Shown here piece by piece: positions 26,060-35,902 of a DNA stretch of 64,000 nt. The position numbers were made by a program, and so were the translations under genes. The DNA is from an uncultured bacterium (GTDB lineage: Bacteria; Patescibacteriota; Microgenomatia; UBA1400; PJMF01): positions 3,166 through 67,165 of the forward strand of contig CAIMNJ010000011.1 in the NCBI GenBank assembly GCA_903842795.1. The letters are read 5' to 3'. The notes under the pieces are model-generated. The model searched no databases. It was given only the letters and a program-made list of their open reading frames with translations, and was not told where the DNA came from. Within the stretch, counting starts at the first letter, position 1. Each line of letters starts with the position of its first letter.

Positions 26060-28060
26060 TTATAATGCCCTTTCTTCCATTTTTTTCTTCAATTCTCTAA
26101 TTTTATCACCAAAGAAGCTTCTCATGTACCAAATAGATTGTTTTGGATGTTTTAAACAATACTCAATATTTCTTTTACAGTCTGGAGCGAAATAAATATT
26201 CAGATTTTCTTCCCAACCATCTTTTTCAATCCTAATCTTGCTAGAAATTGGTTTGCTACTAATAAAGTCTAAAAAAACCATTCCGTTCTGGCCACTTTGT
26301 GTTTTAATTTCAACCTTTTCAACTTCAGGTTCACTGGATATGTTTGGTTTAGAATTAATGCTTATGGGGTACCCATATTCATCTTTTGGAAACAAAACAA
26401 GTCTCACTGGGTTGCGGTTAGCTACAGCATAAACATTATTTTTGTATATATATGTTTTTTCTAAGCTTATTTTATGCTCGCTTAATTCTGGAAATAATAT
26501 TGGATAGTGTCTAATTCTTGCATTTTCAATTAAATTTTCTTGATTTTTTTTACTAAAAATATATTTTTTTAAATCATTTTTTTCATCAACTTCCTTTATT
26601 TCCCACAAATTGTCTTTTTTAATATTTTCTAATAATTTGTTTTGAGTCTGATCTATAAAATTTTTAGTTATTGAAAAGCTTTCACGATCAAGTTTCGCGA
26701 TAATTGAATTTTTTAATGAAAAAACAATTTCATTATTAATTTCATTAACCAACAGGTCATCTGAATTGATGTTTTTTGTCAAAAGTATTCTTGTTGGTTC
26801 TAAAGTTGTATTTTTTGTTTTTACTAAGGAGTCATTGAATAAAAAATCAAAGTTTTGACTTTGATCATTAAAGCCATAACGTGATCCATCAATGATAAAT
26901 GGCACTATCCACCATCCCATTTTTTTTGCCGAGCTATTGTTGTATGGGTCAGTAAAATCTTCATCATAAAATCTCAAATCACTAATGAATAATTCTTTTC
27001 CACTCAATCTAATTCTTATTTGGTATTTTGGAGTGGTTATCCACCATGCTTTTTCATTTGGATTTTCTTGATCTTGGCCGCTATATACTAAAACATCTTT
27101 ATTTTTTGGATTTTTTGATTTAAAACTTTCCGCAAATTCAGATGCTGTTAATACTTGATGCTCAGTTTTTTCACTTTGCCATTTTTTAACAAATTTTAGT
27201 TGATTTAAAAACTCATCTTGAATTTCCGTAGGCATTGAGTTTTCTAATCCAATGAGAGAAAAAGTATCCTGATTATTTATTTGCGAATGGGCTTGTAAAA
27301 AAAGATGCTGAAAATAATCAAATTTAGCTTTTCTACGAATGTAGTCATTCGGTTGAGAAGTAAATGAGCTTGTTTTATCTCCATAGTTGTAAACTGGGTC
27401 AGTTATTGTTTGTCTGACAATAATGAGGGAGTCGTTGTCATTACTGGGAATCATTGCCCATTGTTTGCTTGGATAATATGGATAATGCACAGGTCCACCA
27501 TAAAGCGTATAAGAGTCTACGCCCATTTGTTCTCTTGTAATTTGTTGCACGTTAATATGATATTTTGTTTTAAGTAGGTTTAATGATGCTGAGTCAATCA
27601 TCCACGCAGTATTTGTTTTAGGAAAAAAATCAAATGTTTTTTTAAAAAGTTCCATGTAAGTGTCTATAATTTTTTCTCTTTCTTCTTGATCATATCCGAT
27701 TAGGTAGACATATTGAGCTTCATACCAATTAGAAGTGCTACCACTGTAAATTACTCCAGCGTCTTTTGCTAATTCTGGAGTAATTTCCAAAAATGAACCA
27801 ATTTCTATTAATTTGTTGTTTTGGTATTTTTTAATTAAATTAGTAAAATCTTTATTTTTTAGTACGTCATATCTTAAAGAGAATGTGGTTGGTAGTTGAA
27901 GTTTTATCGCTGACTCTATTTGTAGTTTTAAACTTTTTATATTTCCAACATCACAGCATTCGGTTCCACGTACTTGATTAATAATAATTGTTGAATTTGT
28001 TTGAGCAGATATAATCTCTTTAGAGCTAAAGAACAATAATATAAAAAATAGAAAGAGCAT
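26060..28060 (-). CDS. Secreted hypothetical protein, possible deacetylase/GH57-like barrel domain
   Basis: Signal-like N-terminus; EIGSFLE, GYDQEEREKIID...F and YPYYPS patterns. Confidence 0.55.
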   Translation of the reverse strand: MLFLFFILLFFSSKEIISAQTNSTIIINQVRGTECCDVGNIKSLKLQIESAIKLQLPTTFSLRYDVLKNKDFTNLIKKYQNNKLIEIGSFLEITPELAKDAGVIYSGSTSNWYEAQYVYLIGYDQEEREKIIDTYMELFKKTFDFFPKTNTAWMIDSASLNLLKTKYHINVQQITREQMGVDSYTLYGGPVHYPYYPSKQWAMIPSNDNDSLIIVRQTITDPVYNYGDKTSSFTSQPNDYIRRKAKFDYFQHLFLQAHSQINNQDTFSLIGLENSMPTEIQDEFLNQLKFVKKWQSEKTEHQVLTASEFAESFKSKNPKNKDVLVYSGQDQENPNEKAWWITTPKYQIRIRLSGKELFISDLRFYDEDFTDPYNNSSAKKMGWWIVPFIIDGSRYGFNDQSQNFDFLFNDSLVKTKNTTLEPTRILLTKNINSDDLLVNEINNEIVFSLKNSIIAKLDRESFSITKNFIDQTQNKLLENIKKDNLWEIKEVDEKNDLKKYIFSKKNQENLIENARIRHYPILFPELSEHKISLEKTYIYKNNVYAVANRNPVRLVLFPKDEYGYPISINSKPNISSEPEVEKVEIKTQSGQNGMVFLDFISSKPISSKIRIEKDGWEENLNIYFAPDCKRNIEYCLKHPKQSIWYMRSFFGDKIRELKKKMEERAL

Positions 28061-28165
28061 AATTAATTGCTTTTTATTTTATCAAATTGATTTTTCTTTA
28101 CGAGTTTATTTTTTTAAATCCCACTCTCCACACTTTTTAGTTTTATGGTAAAATAACCCTCTGTT

Positions 28166-28378
28166 ATGAAAATCAATTTGCACAACTATTCTAAAATTGC
28201 CAGTTTTGGCCACAATGTTTCTCATGCCAAAAACCGTACCAGAAGAGGTTTCAAGTATAACTTGCATTCAGTAACCATTTTGGTCAATGGTCTTAAGAAA
28301 AAAGTTCAGGTTCCAACTAGAGTTCTCAAGCAACTCAAAAAATTGGGCATAACCACCCACTTCAAGAAAGCTGCTTAA
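28166..28378 (+). CDS. rpmB: 50S ribosomal protein L28 (Zn-less form)
   Basis: GHNVSHAKNRTRRGFKYNL. Confidence 0.92.
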   Translation: MKINLHNYSKIASFGHNVSHAKNRTRRGFKYNLHSVTILVNGLKKKVQVPTRVLKQLKKLGITTHFKKAA

Positions 28379-28389
28379 TAGCTTTCTCT

Positions 28390-29385
28390 TTAGGATTTAA
28401 GGATATTTTTGCACTCGTTCCAAGTGCATAGGTTTTTGCCTTCTATTTGCACTTGGTCCAAAATCAAAACCTCATTTTCTTTGTGGCAGGCCAAAATTTT
28501 CATTCTTTTTTCGCCATTTGTAGTTGGGATGATGGTCCACAAATTTGGCCAAGGAGAAAAGGCAAGACTAGCATTTTTGATAAGAGTAATTTGCTTTGAT
28601 TTGTTTTCGCAAATGTTTTGATTATTTAGTAAATCAGTTAGAAGTCCGGGATTGTTTTCTTCAGTCTCTTCAATTTTGGTCTTTTGTTGCTCATTCATTA
28701 GTCTGAGTAGATTGGTCCAAGAAACGAAACTATCTTCTTTGCTTAGACGACGCGCGACCATAGTTGGGCTATTGTCTGGTTGAATAATTGGTTGGATTTT
28801 TTTGTTGGCAAAGTCATTGATTAAGTCAGCCAGTTTTTCTTTTATCAAAGCAAAGGCTGCCTGGTAATATTCGTTTTGAGTCCAATTCTGTTTTAAAGTA
28901 AATGGCAATTGTGTCAAAATTGGTCCCTGATCCAGAGAAGAATTCATTATCATTAGGGTAATTGCTGACTCTAGACTATTTTGATCTAAATCCTGAAAAA
29001 GAATGCAAAACTGACCAGGAGAACTGCCTCGCCATTTGGGTAGAAGAGAAGGATGAATATTAAGTGGAGCAATTTTTGGTAATTTTAATAGCCAATTTGG
29101 AATAAAATAACCAAAATCAACCACTAATAAGAAGTCAATTTCTCCATTTTGCTCAAATTCTTTGAGTAAACTACGATTAATTTTTTGTTCCACCAAAAAT
29201 GTTTTAATCTTGTTTTCTTGTGACCAGACATGTAAAGGATTTTGAATCAACTCTTTTTTTCTACCGACTGTTTTTGGTGTGGGCGAGAGAGTCCAAGTAA
29301 TTTCAAAACGGTCATCTTTTGCCAAAGCTTTGGCCATTGAGACGGTATTGTTGGTTGAGCCGGCAATAGCGATTCTGTATTTCAT
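28390..29385 (-). CDS. fmt: Methionyl-tRNA formyltransferase
   Basis: VVDFG, NIHPSLLPKWRGSSP, LDQGP, AFSPWP; adjacent to def. Confidence 0.92.
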   Translation of the reverse strand: MKYRIAIAGSTNNTVSMAKALAKDDRFEITWTLSPTPKTVGRKKELIQNPLHVWSQENKIKTFLVEQKINRSLLKEFEQNGEIDFLLVVDFGYFIPNWLLKLPKIAPLNIHPSLLPKWRGSSPGQFCILFQDLDQNSLESAITLMIMNSSLDQGPILTQLPFTLKQNWTQNEYYQAAFALIKEKLADLINDFANKKIQPIIQPDNSPTMVARRLSKEDSFVSWTNLLRLMNEQQKTKIEETEENNPGLLTDLLNNQNICENKSKQITLIKNASLAFSPWPNLWTIIPTTNGEKRMKILACHKENEVLILDQVQIEGKNLCTWNECKNILKS

Positions 29386-29389
29386 TGGA

Positions 29390-29983
29390 TTAAAGTAGAC
29401 TCAAAATTTCTTTTTTGTTTTTTATTTCCACCCATTGTCCATCCTCATCAATATAAACTGGCAATTTATTTTTCAAAATCAAATCAGTAAAGAGAATTCC
29501 ATTGAGGTGGTCATATTCGTGTTGAATAACTCTAGCATCAAAATCTTTGAAAAGTGCTTTTTTAAGACTTGGTTGAGTTTGCTTTTTTAAGTCTAAAGTA
29601 TTGAGACTTAGATATTCAATTTCCACCCATTCATAACGTGGAACTGGTCCGTAGAGTAAAGGAATTGACAGACATCCTTCGAATCTTTCTGAGCCATCAG
29701 CTGCTCCAAGAATTTTATTGGTGCTATTTTTGGTGATTTTTGGATTAATAAAAAATTCCACGACTGGTTTTTTACTATCTTGGTTTTTTTCACCTAAAAT
29801 AGCAGCAAAAACTCGCACAGATTTATTGACTTGAGGTGCAGCTAAACCAACACCTTTTGGATGTTCTTTTTTGATCAGAGTTTGTGCTAAATCTTCAAGA
29901 AATTTAAAGAATTTTTTATCAAAAACAGTTACCTCTTTGGCAATTTGACGCAGTGTTGGATGTGGAGCAGTAATAATTTTCAT
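29390..29983 (-). CDS. def: Peptide deformylase
   Basis: GVGLAAPQV, EGCLS, QHEYDHLNG. Confidence 0.96.
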   Translation of the reverse strand: MKIITAPHPTLRQIAKEVTVFDKKFFKFLEDLAQTLIKKEHPKGVGLAAPQVNKSVRVFAAILGEKNQDSKKPVVEFFINPKITKNSTNKILGAADGSERFEGCLSIPLLYGPVPRYEWVEIEYLSLNTLDLKKQTQPSLKKALFKDFDARVIQHEYDHLNGILFTDLILKNKLPVYIDEDGQWVEIKNKKEILSLL

Positions 29984-30039
29984 TTCTTATAAGCCTATTA
30001 TATAACAAGATGTGTTTTGAGTGACGGTTGGGTATGATT

Positions 30040-30864
30040 TTAAAGAAAATTTTGTGATAAATTTTCTTCAATTAACTTAATCAGCTCTGGATTGCTATTG
30101 AGCACAAGCAGGTGATTGGCTTGCTTAATTGTCTCTAGCCTTGAATTTTTTAGGTTTTTTTGCAATTCTTTGGCTATTTTAATAGGGAAGACATTATCTT
30201 TTTCTCCATGAATCAATAAAACTGGTTGTTTGATTGTTGGAATTTGTTTAGAAAAGTTGATACTAACTACTTCTCTAGAAATATACAGATAACTTTTTGG
30301 TGAAGTGTGAAAAACATCAGAGCAAATTCTTATTGGGTTGAAATCTCCAGATTTTTTGTATTTAGCATAAGATGGGTATTTTTTTAGATAAAAATGAGGA
30401 AGAAAATCCACGATTTTTAAAATAAAAGCTTTGAAAGGGAAGTATTTGTAAAATATGCGAGATAAATTTGGAGCTTTATATGAAACGCTCATTAATACCA
30501 AGGATTTTATTAGTTTTTGGTGTTCGGTAGCGAGTTTAAGAGAAATAATGCCACCAAAACAATGACCGAGGAGAGTCACATTCTTGGCTTTTTCTTTTTC
30601 AATAACTGCCACAATATCTTCTATAAAAACATTCAAATCGTGTTGGAAGGCTTTTTTTGGTCTAGTTGATTTGCCATGAGCTCGGAGATCAATGTTGATT
30701 ATTTTAAAATTTTTCTTTTGAAAATGGGCGACTAGAGGATCGAAAGCACGCAAGCAACCGCCAAAGCCATGTACAAAAACAAATGTTCTTGTTGGCTTAT
30801 TCCCCTCAAAAACTTCATAATGAATTTTGACACCGTCTTTACTTTGAATATCTTTTTGGATCAT
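30040..30864 (-). CDS. Alpha/beta hydrolase with Cys at the nucleophile elbow
   Basis: VHGFGG, DLRAHGKS, GHCFGG, GEKD, ANH. Confidence 0.88.
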   Translation of the reverse strand: MIQKDIQSKDGVKIHYEVFEGNKPTRTFVFVHGFGGCLRAFDPLVAHFQKKNFKIINIDLRAHGKSTRPKKAFQHDLNVFIEDIVAVIEKEKAKNVTLLGHCFGGIISLKLATEHQKLIKSLVLMSVSYKAPNLSRIFYKYFPFKAFILKIVDFLPHFYLKKYPSYAKYKKSGDFNPIRICSDVFHTSPKSYLYISREVVSINFSKQIPTIKQPVLLIHGEKDNVFPIKIAKELQKNLKNSRLETIKQANHLLVLNSNPELIKLIEENLSQNFL

Positions 30865-30878
30865 TACTCAGTATTTTA

Positions 30879-33002
30879 CTACTTTGTCTTAGAGCTGATG
30901 CTTGCTTCAACAATTTTTAATTTTTCTTTGACAAGCTCATCGTTTGGCGCAATTTTTTCTAGGCTGTAAACATATTGTTCTTTGGCTTTAGTAAGTTCAC
31001 CAAGATTAAAATACATACGTGCCAATTCACCTCTAGCTTGCAAATAATTGCTCTTAATCGCCACAGCATATTCCATTTTTTGTAAAGCTTTTTGTTTTTC
31101 TCCCATGATTTCTAAAACCAGAGCAAGATTGTAATAAAGCTTGGCATCTGTAGGCGAAAGACTAATGGCTTTTTCTAGAGATTGCTCTGCATAGGAGTAG
31201 AGTCTGGGATCTAGCTGTCCAAGTCTAATGTATATGCGAGCTTGGCTTTTATAAAAATTTAAGTGCACAGGATTTAGTTCAATGGCAATGCGATTGCTCT
31301 CAATTGCGCTTTGTGCTAGTTGAGTGCTAACGGTTGCTTGTTTTTCATTGGCAAAAGCAACGCTGAGTTGAGAGTAATCTCCGCCCAATTCATCGTAAAA
31401 AAAAGCTTCTTTGGGTGCTTTTTGAATAGCTTTTTGAATGGCTGGCAAACCACTTTGATAATTTCCTTTTTCAAACGCATTTTGGCCCAAAGTAAATAAA
31501 TAATCAGCTTGCCAAATTAACCAAACTTTGTTGATTAAAATAAGAGCAAAAAGCAAAACTCCTGCATAAATATAGTATTCGTTGTTTGGTAATTTTTCCT
31601 GTAATTCAATTTTTTTACTTTCATTTATATCCGCATCTTTATTTGTTTTTTCTTCCAAAATTATGATTCCAAAAAAGCCGAATAAGAGTAAATTGGTAAC
31701 TACCGTAGAAAAACCAAAAAAATTAGAAACAAACATTGCTAAAATGCCACCCAACATTGCAATTAGTTCACTCTGATCTTTTTTGTTAAAAAAATGTTTT
31801 ATGCCGAGATAAAAGGTGGCTACAAATAATGATAAGTAGGTCAAAAGTCCAAAAGCTCCAGAGTTAGCTAAAAAATTTAATAATTCATTGTGTGCTTTGT
31901 TGTATAAAAAATCCCATTCAGAAACTAAATTATGTTCTACTGGGCGGTCTAGATAGTAACTATAGGCAAAAGTTTCCACTCCAGAACCAAAGATTGGGTA
32001 ACGCTGCCAAACTTTAATAGCTCCACTCCATACTATTTTTCTAATCTCTTCTGATGGGGTACCTCCCACTTGAATCTCCTGTTTGCTTTCTTGAACATTG
32101 ACTGTTGGATGATTTTTATTAAATAAGTCAGCGATTTTTGGAGTATATGGAGTGCCAAAAATCGCAGTTAAGACCAACATAATCAAGCCAATGCTGCCAA
32201 TTTTAATTAGATTGGCAGCGCGATCTTTTTGGTTGGCGAAGATTTTAAGTAAGACATAAAAACCAAAACCAATTCCAAGTCCTAGTAAGCCTGATCTAGA
32301 CTTAGTGAACAAGAGAACAGTGACGCTAACAATTAGAACTAGAAACAAGTAAAATTTGCTCCACGTTTTTTTCTCTTTTAGAATTTTGTCGACATTAAGT
32401 GGAATGATGGTGATCAAAAAAGCAGCAAGCCAATTTGGTTGGCCAAAAGTGGCAAAAACCCTGTTTTGCACATCTTGAACCCAGCAACTCACATCAGTTT
32501 TTTTGGCTACAAGATAGCAGCTAGGTGAGTGACCAAAATGCTCTGGAATAGCATAGAGTCCAACCATTAGAGCGGATAGAAACAAGCTATTATAGATAGC
32601 TCCAACTTGTTTTTTCTTAATATTAGAGACAAAGGCATAGTATAAGGTGATGTAAGTAATAGTTGAGAGTAATCCGCCATTAAATCTAGTGTAATAACCA
32701 AACCAAGAGGTGCGAGTGTGCAAAGAAAAAACAGTAGAAATGACTTGTGAGGCCAAAAAGGCCAATAAAAAATAATCAAATTTGCTTCTTTTGAAAATAA
32801 TCCTTTTTTCTACAATCATTCTAATAATCCACAAGCTTCCCAGAATGATGGTTATCAAGTAAACGAAAAGCATTTTGCTAAATTCAAATAACTCTTGGTT
32901 CATCCAGGTGAAGATAAAAGGAGTTAGAAAGAAAAGTAGATTAAAATTTACCAGAATCAATCTTTGTAGGATTTGGGAGAACTTTTGACGATTAACTTGC
33001 AT
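30879..33002 (-). CDS. O-antigen ligase-like (Wzy_C) membrane protein with C-terminal TPR repeats
   Basis: ATFGQPNWLA, TKSRSG, PIFGSG, KAHNE, about 12 TM helices, TPR tail. Confidence 0.88.
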   Translation of the reverse strand: MQVNRQKFSQILQRLILVNFNLLFFLTPFIFTWMNQELFEFSKMLFVYLITIILGSLWIIRMIVEKRIIFKRSKFDYFLLAFLASQVISTVFSLHTRTSWFGYYTRFNGGLLSTITYITLYYAFVSNIKKKQVGAIYNSLFLSALMVGLYAIPEHFGHSPSCYLVAKKTDVSCWVQDVQNRVFATFGQPNWLAAFLITIIPLNVDKILKEKKTWSKFYLFLVLIVSVTVLLFTKSRSGLLGLGIGFGFYVLLKIFANQKDRAANLIKIGSIGLIMLVLTAIFGTPYTPKIADLFNKNHPTVNVQESKQEIQVGGTPSEEIRKIVWSGAIKVWQRYPIFGSGVETFAYSYYLDRPVEHNLVSEWDFLYNKAHNELLNFLANSGAFGLLTYLSLFVATFYLGIKHFFNKKDQSELIAMLGGILAMFVSNFFGFSTVVTNLLLFGFFGIIILEEKTNKDADINESKKIELQEKLPNNEYYIYAGVLLFALILINKVWLIWQADYLFTLGQNAFEKGNYQSGLPAIQKAIQKAPKEAFFYDELGGDYSQLSVAFANEKQATVSTQLAQSAIESNRIAIELNPVHLNFYKSQARIYIRLGQLDPRLYSYAEQSLEKAISLSPTDAKLYYNLALVLEIMGEKQKALQKMEYAVAIKSNYLQARGELARMYFNLGELTKAKEQYVYSLEKIAPNDELVKEKLKIVEASISSKTK

Positions 33003-33087
33003 AATTAATTGTGCTAAATTGAGATTGTACAGTATTTTTGTTTTTTGTGTCTTTATTTTATTAGTCAAAAATACATGGAGCCTGCCT

Positions 33088-34056
33088 ATGATCCAAATTC
33101 AAGACGATTCCGTCAATCAAACTGTTGCATCAGCACCAACTGATCCTGTTGTTCCCAGTGTTCAGCCTGTTCAATCAACTCAATCAACTCAGCCAACTGA
33201 AACAGTGGATTCTTCTGTCAAAGATCAAAGAACTGCAGAGATAGATCAGCTTTTAGCTGAATTGGACAAGCTCTCAAAGAATTTGGAGGACAAGCCAAAG
33301 TCATCTGAGCCAGTTAGACAAGAAGTTTCAGCTGAATCAAAAACTGAAGTGGTGGAGAAAGCAGCTCCGGTTGTTGATGCGGCTTCATCCGACACTTCTT
33401 CTGGTGAAGAAGAGAAATTTGATTTTGACTCTTTCCTTACAGATCTTGAGAAAAAAATTGATGCTGAAAGTAAGAAAAACCAATCCAATGCACAGGAATC
33501 TCAAATAGAAGACTTTAGGAAGAATCGTCCAGTTCCAGAAATTCAAAATGATGATAAGCCTGAAGAGCTTGTTTTCAAAAAAGCTGAGACTGTGGATTTA
33601 AATGCTAAAGATGATGAATTTGAGACTTCAGAAGAACTAAAAGCTCAAAATGTTTTTGATATGCTTGGTTTGATGAGTATTAGTGACGCAGACAAAAATC
33701 AATTCTTAGATGAGCTTGAAGACATGATTTGGGATGATTTTATTTTGCATGATTTAGAGCTTTTGCTTACAAGTGAAGAGTACGTCAAGGCGCGCCAAAT
33801 TTTAGACGATTCCGCTAAAGATGAAGCAGCCAAAAAAGAAGCCCTTATTGTTTATTTGGAAGGTTTTGTTCCAGATTTAGATGAGGTTTTATATGAAAAA
33901 GCCTTGGAACTAAAATCAGAGATGATGGGAGAGCGTCTCAATAAGATGAAAGAGGGTGCCAGCGAAGAAGTCTTGGCCAAGATTAAAGAAGCTGAGGAGT
34001 TGATAAGTCAAAATCTTTGGAGATCTGCTTCAGCTTTGTTAAATAAATTGTCTTAG
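33088..34056 (+). CDS. Acidic, largely disordered hypothetical protein
   Basis: GGAG SD before ATG 33088; D/E-rich with a helical C-domain. Confidence 0.75.
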   Translation: MIQIQDDSVNQTVASAPTDPVVPSVQPVQSTQSTQPTETVDSSVKDQRTAEIDQLLAELDKLSKNLEDKPKSSEPVRQEVSAESKTEVVEKAAPVVDAASSDTSSGEEEKFDFDSFLTDLEKKIDAESKKNQSNAQESQIEDFRKNRPVPEIQNDDKPEELVFKKAETVDLNAKDDEFETSEELKAQNVFDMLGLMSISDADKNQFLDELEDMIWDDFILHDLELLLTSEEYVKARQILDDSAKDEAAKKEALIVYLEGFVPDLDEVLYEKALELKSEMMGERLNKMKEGASEEVLAKIKEAEELISQNLWRSASALLNKLS

Positions 34057-34095
34057 TCTTTAAGTTTGCTATCAAAAATGTAGTAGAATCTATTC

Positions 34096-34767
34096 TTGAT
34101 GAGCCTATTTTCTGTTCCAAAAAAACTGAGTTTTCTTGATTTTAAACACCTATTATTAGTTGATTTAAATAGTAGTGGACTATTTTTTTATTTAGCCAAA
34201 GATGTAAAAGACTTGGCTTCAATTGATTTCTCCAATTTAACTTTATTAAAAGCTGTCTCAACAAATGAAGCTTGTAAATCAAATTTATTGGCAGATGATA
34301 AGGTTTTTGCCAAATTATTGGATGTTAATTTAAAGTCTTTTGATTTAGATCATTATGCTATGGTTTTTTTAGTTGCTCATGATTTTAGCCAATTAGAAAA
34401 GAAATTTATTAAAGAAGCAGTCCCTTTTTTGGTGAAAAATCTTTTTGTTGGTCGTCACTTTTTTTATAATTTTTATCTCATGCAAAAAAGAAACTTTTCC
34501 AAAGTCAAGTTTATTATTAGTTTATTTGACGATTGCGCTGAACTCAGTCTTTTTGATCAAGATAAATTACTGGCTAGCGATAGAGTTTTTTTGCGTAATT
34601 TGGCACTGGAGAGCAAAGATTTCTACAACAGTGCAAAAGAGAAGTTTGCTTTTGATAATCCAGATTGTTTTTACTTTTTTACCAACAACTTGGCAAAAAA
34701 ACCAAAAGCAGGGGATTTAGCCAAGTACTTAAAACTTGAAGCAGTAGAAGTTAAAGAATTATGTTAA
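34096..34767 (+). CDS. Vestigial MreB-like protein at the head of mreCD-mrdA
   Basis: LLVDLNSSG, NLLADDKVFAKLL, VAHDFSQLEKKFIKEA, IISLFDDCAELSLF echo MreB segments in order; synteny. Confidence 0.55.
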   Translation: MMSLFSVPKKLSFLDFKHLLLVDLNSSGLFFYLAKDVKDLASIDFSNLTLLKAVSTNEACKSNLLADDKVFAKLLDVNLKSFDLDHYAMVFLVAHDFSQLEKKFIKEAVPFLVKNLFVGRHFFYNFYLMQKRNFSKVKFIISLFDDCAELSLFDQDKLLASDRVFLRNLALESKDFYNSAKEKFAFDNPDCFYFFTNNLAKKPKAGDLAKYLKLEAVEVKELC

Positions 34768-35522
34768 ATGAAAAAAATAAACAGTACTTTATTGCTGTCT
34801 TATTTGTGTTTTTCTTATTTTTTTTACAATTTTTAAATTTTCTCAATTTGTCATTTTTCGATAATCTTGCCAATTTGTGGAAGGAAAAAAATTTTGTTTT
34901 TTTACAGAAGATTGCCTATCCATTTAATCGATTTGCCAAGCTTTGGAAGTTAACTGCCAAGTTGGAAGATTTGCAATATAGGTACAGTGAGGCTGCTGCT
35001 CAGGCAATTAGAGTCAAAGAGTTGGAAAAAGAAAATCAGGAACTACACAAAATTTTAGAAAACAGTGATCGAACTTATAGTCAAGTTGTAATTGCTGCGC
35101 CAGTTATTTCTTTTGCTCAAAGTTTTGTAGCGACTGGCTCGCAATCAGGAATTAAGTCCGGATCCGCTGTTTTATATAAAGGAACATTGCTTGGTTTAAT
35201 TGATGAGGTAGAAGAGAGGCAGGCTTCTGTCATTTTGCTTTCACAAATGTTTGATAGGAGTTTGCTAGCAGAAACAAACACAGGAATAAAAGGTCTGGTC
35301 AAGGGAAATGGTAGGGAAGTGATCCTCACAGAGATTGCTAATGATGCTAATTTAGAAGTTGGTCAATTGGTTTTTACTTCTGCTCAAATTGGATTAGAAA
35401 ATGGCTTGTTGATTGGTAGGGTTAGCAAAATAAACAGCGTCAATCCTGCTTTGGCTACCAAAACTGCCACTATTGAACAAATGATTAATTTTTATGAAGT
35501 TAATTTGGTGGAAATCAAATGA
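34761..35522 (+). CDS. mreC: Rod shape-determining protein MreC
   Basis: TM, coiled coil ELEKENQEL, GSQSGI, LLGLI, VFTS, GLLIGRV. Confidence 0.88.
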   Translation: MLNEKNKQYFIAVLFVFFLFFLQFLNFLNLSFFDNLANLWKEKNFVFLQKIAYPFNRFAKLWKLTAKLEDLQYRYSEAAAQAIRVKELEKENQELHKILENSDRTYSQVVIAAPVISFAQSFVATGSQSGIKSGSAVLYKGTLLGLIDEVEERQASVILLSQMFDRSLLAETNTGIKGLVKGNGREVILTEIANDANLEVGQLVFTSAQIGLENGLLIGRVSKINSVNPALATKTATIEQMINFYEVNLVEIK

Positions 35523-35902
35523 AAGCTAAATTATTTTTATTACTACTAATTCTTGGCTTAGAGTCTAGTTTTGGTTTGCCTTTATTTTTTCTTTATTTGA
35601 GTTATTCTTTTATACATAAATATAGTGAAAAATATTTGCTGCTTTCTGTTTTTGTAACTTCTTTTCTTTTGGCAATTTTTTATTCTTTATCTTGGCCTAT
35701 ATTAGCCGCTTTGCTGCTTTTTTGTTTTTTTATTCACAAAAAAATAAAAGAAAAAATTGTCTGGCAGCTAATCTTATTTGTTTTAATCAATGCAGTAATT
35801 TTTATTTTGGCTGAGTTGAGGTTTAACTATTTTTATTTGTTCCATTTGCCAGTTTTTATGTTTTATCTGTATAAAGCCAACTTTAAAAAATATGCGGCTT
35901 AA
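35519..35902 (+). CDS. mreD: MreD-like membrane protein
   Basis: Highly hydrophobic 127 aa between mreC and mrdA. Confidence 0.6.
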   Translation: MKAKLFLLLLILGLESSFGLPLFFLYLSYSFIHKYSEKYLLLSVFVTSFLLAIFYSLSWPILAALLLFCFFIHKKIKEKIVWQLILFVLINAVIFILAELRFNYFYLFHLPVFMFYLYKANFKKYAA

